DNA of 64,000 nt, from positions 3,935 to 67,934 of the forward strand of contig JAGAGL010000018.1 of the NCBI GenBank assembly GCA_017627595.1, written 5' to 3'. The translations under genes and the position numbers were made by a program. The stretch comes from Oribacterium sp. GTDB taxonomy: Bacteria; Bacillota; Clostridia; Lachnospirales; Lachnospiraceae. Below, one piece after another: positions 58,935 through 64,000 of the stretch. Position 1 is the first letter of the stretch. Every line of letters starts with the position of its first letter. The notes beneath the pieces were generated by a model, which worked only from the letters and a program-made list of their open reading frames with translations, ran no database searches and was not told where the DNA came from.

Positions 58935-60653
58935 TCAAAGCTGTTCTGCAAATAATGTAAGTGCCGGTACCAGCTGTTTCTTTCTGGAAACAACTCCCGG
59001 AAGAACCACAGACCAGGAATCTTCTGACTTATCGTTCTTATTCTTACCCGGTCTTCTTTCCGGCGTATAACCGAAGGCATTTTCCACAAGCTGCCCCGCT
59101 CCCATGCCAACCGCAAGAAGATCTGTACTCTTGTCAAGGATATTGGTGAGCATGATGAAACTCATGTCAAGCTTTTCAGCTTTAAGGGCATTGATTGCAA
59201 ATTCCTCAAGTCCGTCCTTGAACTGATCAAGCTCTTCCTTATTAAGACTGGTAACCTGGCTTACACCAAATTCAACCTTTCCCGCTGAGAAATGCTTGAA
59301 ATCCTGATAGAAGATCTCCTGAATGGTCTTGCCCTTCAGGTTGGATCCTGCAGAGAACATAGAAAAGGCATACTTCTCAATGTCAACTCCGGCAATCTTT
59401 GCAAGCTCTCTTCCTGTCTGTTCGTCAAGGGGAGTGCAGGTAGGTGATCTGAAAAGGAGCGTATCGGAAATAATTGCCGACATAAGAAGACCTGCAGTCT
59501 GCTTGTCGATTTCAATGTTATTCTCCTTATACATCTGAGTGATGATGGTTGAACAGCATCCCAGAGGCTGGTTTCTGAAATAAACCGGTGTCATGGTCTG
59601 AACCGTTGCGATCTTGTGGTGGTCGATGATCTCCAGAATGTCTGCCGCCTCGATGCCTTCAACAGCCTGTCCCGGTTCATTGTGGTCAACAAGGATAACC
59701 TGCTTTCCGCGATTTCCGAGGAGGTTTCTGCGGGATACCATACCGAGATAATTTCCGTCCTTTGAAAGGATAGGGAAGTCACGATGTCTCTTGGAAGCCA
59801 TGATCTCTCTCAGCTCATCCACGAAATCATCTTCGGTAAAGGTTATCAGATTATCTTTTGTCATAAAGTAGCTTATGGGCATTGACTGGTTGATAAGTCT
59901 TGCCGCGGTATAGGCATCATAGCTTGTTACCATAATGATCATGCCGTTTGCTTCGGCCAGGCTCTTTATAGTGGGGGAAACATTGGCACCCTCACAGATG
60001 ATGATACAGTCTGCTCCGTTATCCATGGCTGAAAGCTGGTTCTCCGCACGGTTTCCGAGGATAACGATATCGTGCTTTTCTATATAGTAGGACATCATCT
60101 CGGGATTTGCTGCCGCAATGATAACCTTACCCTTTTCACAGCATCTGCTCACATCGCCGGTAACAGTTGTTGCCTCAAGTGTGTCTTCTATATTGGAAAA
60201 CTTTGTGTGGGCCTTTGAGATAATGTGGCTGTCATAGACATTGAAATAAGATTTCGCGATGTCTCCGATGGTTATGACACCCTCAAGGGAATTCCTGGAG
60301 GTAACAACGGGAAGTGTTACGACATTTCCCTCGTTCATCATGGTCCAGGCTTTTTTCAGGGACATATCCCTGGTCACTCCCGGGGTCTTACGGTATTCGA
60401 TATCCGTCACCTGTGTTTTAACTGTTGTTATGAGTCTCGGCTTCTCAACCTTGAAATGATCAAGGACAAACTGAGTCTCTCTCGAAGGCTCACCTGCTCT
60501 GCAGGGGACATATTTCTCTGTTTTTGTGATCTTGTTTTTTAATCTTGCATAGGCAATGGCCGCACAGATGGAATCCGTATCCGGATTTCTGTGGCCGGTA
60601 ACCAGAACTTCACGTTCTGTATTATGTGGAATATTTCTCTTTCCCTTAGTCAT
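58935..60653 (-). CDS. ppaC: Family II Mn-dependent inorganic pyrophosphatase with CBS/DRTGG insert
   Basis: GHRNPDTDS, LVDHNE, IDHH, SDTL, VVSRKKQ. Confidence 0.93.
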   Translation of the reverse strand: MTKGKRNIPHNTEREVLVTGHRNPDTDSICAAIAYARLKNKITKTEKYVPCRAGEPSRETQFVLDHFKVEKPRLITTVKTQVTDIEYRKTPGVTRDMSLKKAWTMMNEGNVVTLPVVTSRNSLEGVITIGDIAKSYFNVYDSHIISKAHTKFSNIEDTLEATTVTGDVSRCCEKGKVIIAAANPEMMSYYIEKHDIVILGNRAENQLSAMDNGADCIIICEGANVSPTIKSLAEANGMIIMVTSYDAYTAARLINQSMPISYFMTKDNLITFTEDDFVDELREIMASKRHRDFPILSKDGNYLGMVSRRNLLGNRGKQVILVDHNEPGQAVEGIEAADILEIIDHHKIATVQTMTPVYFRNQPLGCCSTIITQMYKENNIEIDKQTAGLLMSAIISDTLLFRSPTCTPLDEQTGRELAKIAGVDIEKYAFSMFSAGSNLKGKTIQEIFYQDFKHFSAGKVEFGVSQVTSLNKEELDQFKDGLEEFAINALKAEKLDMSFIMLTNILDKSTDLLAVGMGAGQLVENAFGYTPERRPGKNKNDKSEDSWSVVLPGVVSRKKQLVPALTLFAEQL

Positions 60654-61069
60654 GTACCCTCCCGATTTATTGATTCATTATGATTCAAAATGATTTTTGT
60701 TATCTTTTTCATATGTAAATCCTAAATATAATGTTGTATACAGGATTTTTTAATAATTGTTCATAAATTATTCATAATTCAATACTATATTTTTAGGCAT
60801 AAACATGAAGTTTGTTTTTATGTTTCTTTTAACATTGGTTGATTTTCCAAATTAGATTTTTCATAATTACCCCGGTTAGGCGAGAGCCTGCCGGGGTCTC
60901 CTCATTTAAGAGCTCAGCACGCTGTTTTCATCAGCATACCTTCTCATGTATAAACCCTGTATCTTAATAAGAAAGCAACGATTATACCGGCACCCTCTGA
61001 AAATGTTTTTATCAAACCATCGCCAAAAAGGCAATGGTTTGACATAAACTTATATGATTGTACTTAACA

Positions 61070-63874
61070 TTAGCCAAAGACAGGCACGGGAGCATCCGGG
61101 AAGGTTTCCGAAGCTGAGGGTTCAACATAATACGCAGTGGCGTTTGTCTCATCGAGATGCTCAAGTGACTCCTGAAGATCCTTTATCCTGGTTTTTTCCG
61201 ATTCCTCCCGGGACTCTTCTTCCTCAGCATATTCGCCATATAAAGGAAGCTTTCTTGCTCTCTTGATCGCATTCTGCAGCTCCTTTGCGTACATGGAGGC
61301 TTCTTCATAAGTATTGCAATACTGAAGTCTCATTATAGTTTCTGTTATGAGCTTTTCCGTATTTTCATCCCTGTATTCAAGCTCTTCAAGTTCTGTAAGG
61401 GCGCTTAGGAATGACTCTTTATTGATGCGCTTTTCTTCCTCTGATCTTGAGCTCTCAGCCTCACTTTCGGCTCTCTGCTGCTCTCTGCTGGATTCTTCTT
61501 CACTTTGCTGAAGTGCACGTTCTATAACCTGCTCCCAGCTTTCCTCTATCTCATCAAAATATGGCTTTTTGGTTTCCAGTCTCTTGAGAAGCTCTGCGCG
61601 TTTTTCATTATCATCGAGAGAATCAACCAAAGGCTTCACTTCTTCATAGTATTTACGGGCTGTGAGTACATCCGAAACGGTATTGGCCACAAGCCTCTCG
61701 TAATTTTCTACCAATGTCTCTGCCTCTTCATAGATCCTCAGCTGTTCCTTTTCGTGAAGGGCCTGCTGTGCTCTCACTTCCGCTGTTGTGGAAACATAAT
61801 CAGTAATTCCATTTTCATTTACTTTCAGATCTACGGTTGCGGGCTGTGTCCAGTCTGCAGGTTCAAGTCCCTCGTGAAGAACATTCATGGCATTTTGCCA
61901 GATTCGTCCCGCGTAGGTGGATCCGTATACTCCCGGCATGGCCCTCGGAGTGTCGTAACCTACCCAGACTGCCATAGTGTAGTATCTCGTGTATCCGCAG
62001 AACCAGGTATCCTTTGATTCATTGGTGGTACCGGTCTTTCCTGCAGCGATCTGACCGTTGGCAAGATTAAGTCCGTAGCCTGTTCCGAAAGGCTGTTCAA
62101 TGGTACCCTTCAGCATATCGGTCATCATCCACGCAGTATCTTCTCTGAATACCTTTGTTCCTGTTGATTTATAATCCTTTGTCAGGTCTCCTTCTTTTTC
62201 ATGGACTATCTTGAGAATACAGGTGTTGTCATTGTACTGACCCATATTTGCAAGGGTGCTGTAGCCCTTGGCCATATCCACGATTCTTACACCATAGGTG
62301 AATCCACCGATGGAAACCGCTTTTGTTGTGCCATCTATCCAGCTCATCTGCATGAAGTGCATCTTTGAAAGATAGCTTATGCCAAATTTTGTTCCGATGT
62401 CTTCAAGTATCTGCCATGCAACGGTATTTAAGGATCTGTTCAGGGCTTCCCTCAGGGTGAGCACACCTCTGTAGCTTCCGCCGGAGTTGGAAGGTCCGTT
62501 CTCTATCCTGTGATCATCTATAAGAGTAGCCGGACTGTATTCTCCGGAATCAAGGGCAGGTGCATAATCAAGAAGCGGCTTGATGGCAGATCCCGGCTGA
62601 CGGGCACTGAGATAAGCTCTGTTAAACTTATCCTCTGTTCCTCTGCCTCCCACTACAGCCACCACATAGCCGGTTCTGTTGTCAACAACTGCCGCTGCAC
62701 CCTGAAGTGCATACTTTCCGTTGTTCTGGAGTTCCGTAAAGCTTGAAAGCTTTTCATCAAGCTCAGTCTGAACCTTTCCCTGGATATCGGGATTCAGGGA
62801 AGTATAGATATCATAGCCGCCGGATCTTATGAGATTTGTGTAATACTCATAGGACTCGCCGTATTTCTTTTCGTATTCCTGCTGCTCCTCTTCGCTGTCC
62901 CACATATACTCGAAGCTGAAGTGGTTGATATCCATAAGGGTAAGAGCCGCACAATGAAGCGCATAGGAAGTGAGGTAATCCTCATCCGTCTGCTTTTGTT
63001 TATCTGCTGTAACATCCAGGTCAGATGCTACAAACGCTTTATACTCTTCAGCGGTAATGTACCCTTGCTCTCTCATGGATTTAAGCACCTGGTTTCTCTT
63101 CTCGAGACAGGCTTCGGGATGTCCTATAGGCTCATAAATTGAAGGAGCATTGGAGATTCCTGCCAATGTTGCCGCCTCCACTATATTCAGATCCTTTGCG
63201 GCTTTTCCGAAATAGTAGCGGCTTGCAGCCTCAACACCATAGCAGCTGTTTCCATAGAAGTTTGTGTTGCAGTAAAACTCCATGATATCGGCCTTGGTGT
63301 ACATCTTTTCCAGTTCCCGGGCAAGAAGTATCTCCACAAACTTTCTGGTGAAGGTTCTTTCGGAAGTGAGGTAGGTATTTTTAACCACCTGCTGGGTGAT
63401 GGTGGAACCACCCTGGGTTATGACGCCCTTATTACGAACCAGCTCTATTCCGGCTCTCAGGACAGCACTCCAGTCTACACCATGATGTATCTTGAAATTC
63501 TTATCCTCATGGGCAACGTAGGCATTCTGAAGATTTATGGAAATGTCATTGATCTCCACATATTCGAAATGGCCTGCATTAACTATACCCAGAAGCTTTC
63601 CGTTGGTGTCAAACACCTGGGTATCCGAAAGCCGGGTCATGTCTGTAACATCCACAGAGGCCAGCTTGTCATAGGCGGTGACTTTAAGTGATTCATACTC
63701 CGGCAGAATCACCAAAAAATACGCAGAAAGGCCTGCTATCGCCAAAATGGCAAGCAGACCTACAAACATGCGCTTAAATATTTTTCTTATAAGATGTCTT
63801 CTGCGAGGTTTCCTGCTCTTTACGGGAGCGGAAACCTCAGACTTTTTTTCAATATTTTGCTCGTTATTATTCAT
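61070..63874 (-). CDS. Class A penicillin-binding protein (PBP1A-like)
   Basis: EDKNF..HHG, GGSTITQQ, RKFVE; SAIK, SLN, KTG motifs; acidic C-terminal extension. Confidence 0.93.
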   Translation of the reverse strand: MNNNEQNIEKKSEVSAPVKSRKPRRRHLIRKIFKRMFVGLLAILAIAGLSAYFLVILPEYESLKVTAYDKLASVDVTDMTRLSDTQVFDTNGKLLGIVNAGHFEYVEINDISINLQNAYVAHEDKNFKIHHGVDWSAVLRAGIELVRNKGVITQGGSTITQQVVKNTYLTSERTFTRKFVEILLARELEKMYTKADIMEFYCNTNFYGNSCYGVEAASRYYFGKAAKDLNIVEAATLAGISNAPSIYEPIGHPEACLEKRNQVLKSMREQGYITAEEYKAFVASDLDVTADKQKQTDEDYLTSYALHCAALTLMDINHFSFEYMWDSEEEQQEYEKKYGESYEYYTNLIRSGGYDIYTSLNPDIQGKVQTELDEKLSSFTELQNNGKYALQGAAAVVDNRTGYVVAVVGGRGTEDKFNRAYLSARQPGSAIKPLLDYAPALDSGEYSPATLIDDHRIENGPSNSGGSYRGVLTLREALNRSLNTVAWQILEDIGTKFGISYLSKMHFMQMSWIDGTTKAVSIGGFTYGVRIVDMAKGYSTLANMGQYNDNTCILKIVHEKEGDLTKDYKSTGTKVFREDTAWMMTDMLKGTIEQPFGTGYGLNLANGQIAAGKTGTTNESKDTWFCGYTRYYTMAVWVGYDTPRAMPGVYGSTYAGRIWQNAMNVLHEGLEPADWTQPATVDLKVNENGITDYVSTTAEVRAQQALHEKEQLRIYEEAETLVENYERLVANTVSDVLTARKYYEEVKPLVDSLDDNEKRAELLKRLETKKPYFDEIEESWEQVIERALQQSEEESSREQQRAESEAESSRSEEEKRINKESFLSALTELEELEYRDENTEKLITETIMRLQYCNTYEEASMYAKELQNAIKRARKLPLYGEYAEEEESREESEKTRIKDLQESLEHLDETNATAYYVEPSASETFPDAPVPVFG

Positions 63875-63883
63875 TTGACTAAT

Positions 63884-64000
63884 TTACTTAGCGTAATCTA
63901 CAGCTCTTGACTCACGAATAATATTAACCTTGATGACACCCGGATACTGCATCTGATCCTGGATCTGCTTAGCCATATCGTGTGCCATGATAGTCATATC
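63884..64000 (-). CDS. rny: Ribonuclease Y, 3' end (partial)
   Basis: Manual translation ...[29 protein letters not shown]. Confidence 0.9.
   Translation of the reverse strand, partial: DMTIMAHDMAKQIQDQMQYPGVIKVNIIRESRAVDYAK

Noticed and set aside
60869-60986. Fluoride or yybP-ykoY riboswitch, 6S RNA
   Set aside because: Only short fragments (GCTGATGA, GAGACC) match; the required conserved cores are missing
21284-63878. Many plus-strand ORFs within core genes
   Set aside because: Shadow ORFs antisense to well-supported minus-strand genes
1-64000. tRNA or rRNA genes
   Set aside because: No cloverleaf/T-loop or rRNA signature recognised by eye

Overview
Window from a Lachnospiraceae-like Firmicute chromosome (taxon inferred from protein style and gene order). 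21.1-64 kb is core genome, all on the minus strand: rny (3' end), PBP1A, CBS-type PPase, aroK, a TetM/EF-G-like GTPase-NYN fusion, murC, dnaD/dnaC-like, prs, the full S10-spc-alpha ribosomal cluster, ecfAA'T, truA and rplM-rpsI. 1-21.1 kb is an accessory region built up at the 3' end of rpsI. It contains an ~11.9 kb integrative mobilisable element (integrase, XRE repressor, xis, CHC2 primase, VapE, MobA/MobL relaxase, LytTR/GHKL cargo, unannotated type I toxin-antitoxin locus) with an IS110 whose bridge RNA guides can be read by eye. To its left lies an older, decayed island with more LytTR/GHKL modules, an OhrR/flavodoxin/bacterioferritin cassette and a probable Wadjet jetA. The best candidate for an undescribed system is a three-times-repeated module: LytTR regulator, GHKL kinase and a soluble protein with features of flagellar export substrates, with no agrB/agrD. 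In both intact copies the last gene sits behind an identically spaced LytTR direct repeat, 25 bp, and a sigma-28-like -10 element. All family calls come from motif recognition by eye; no database searches were run.
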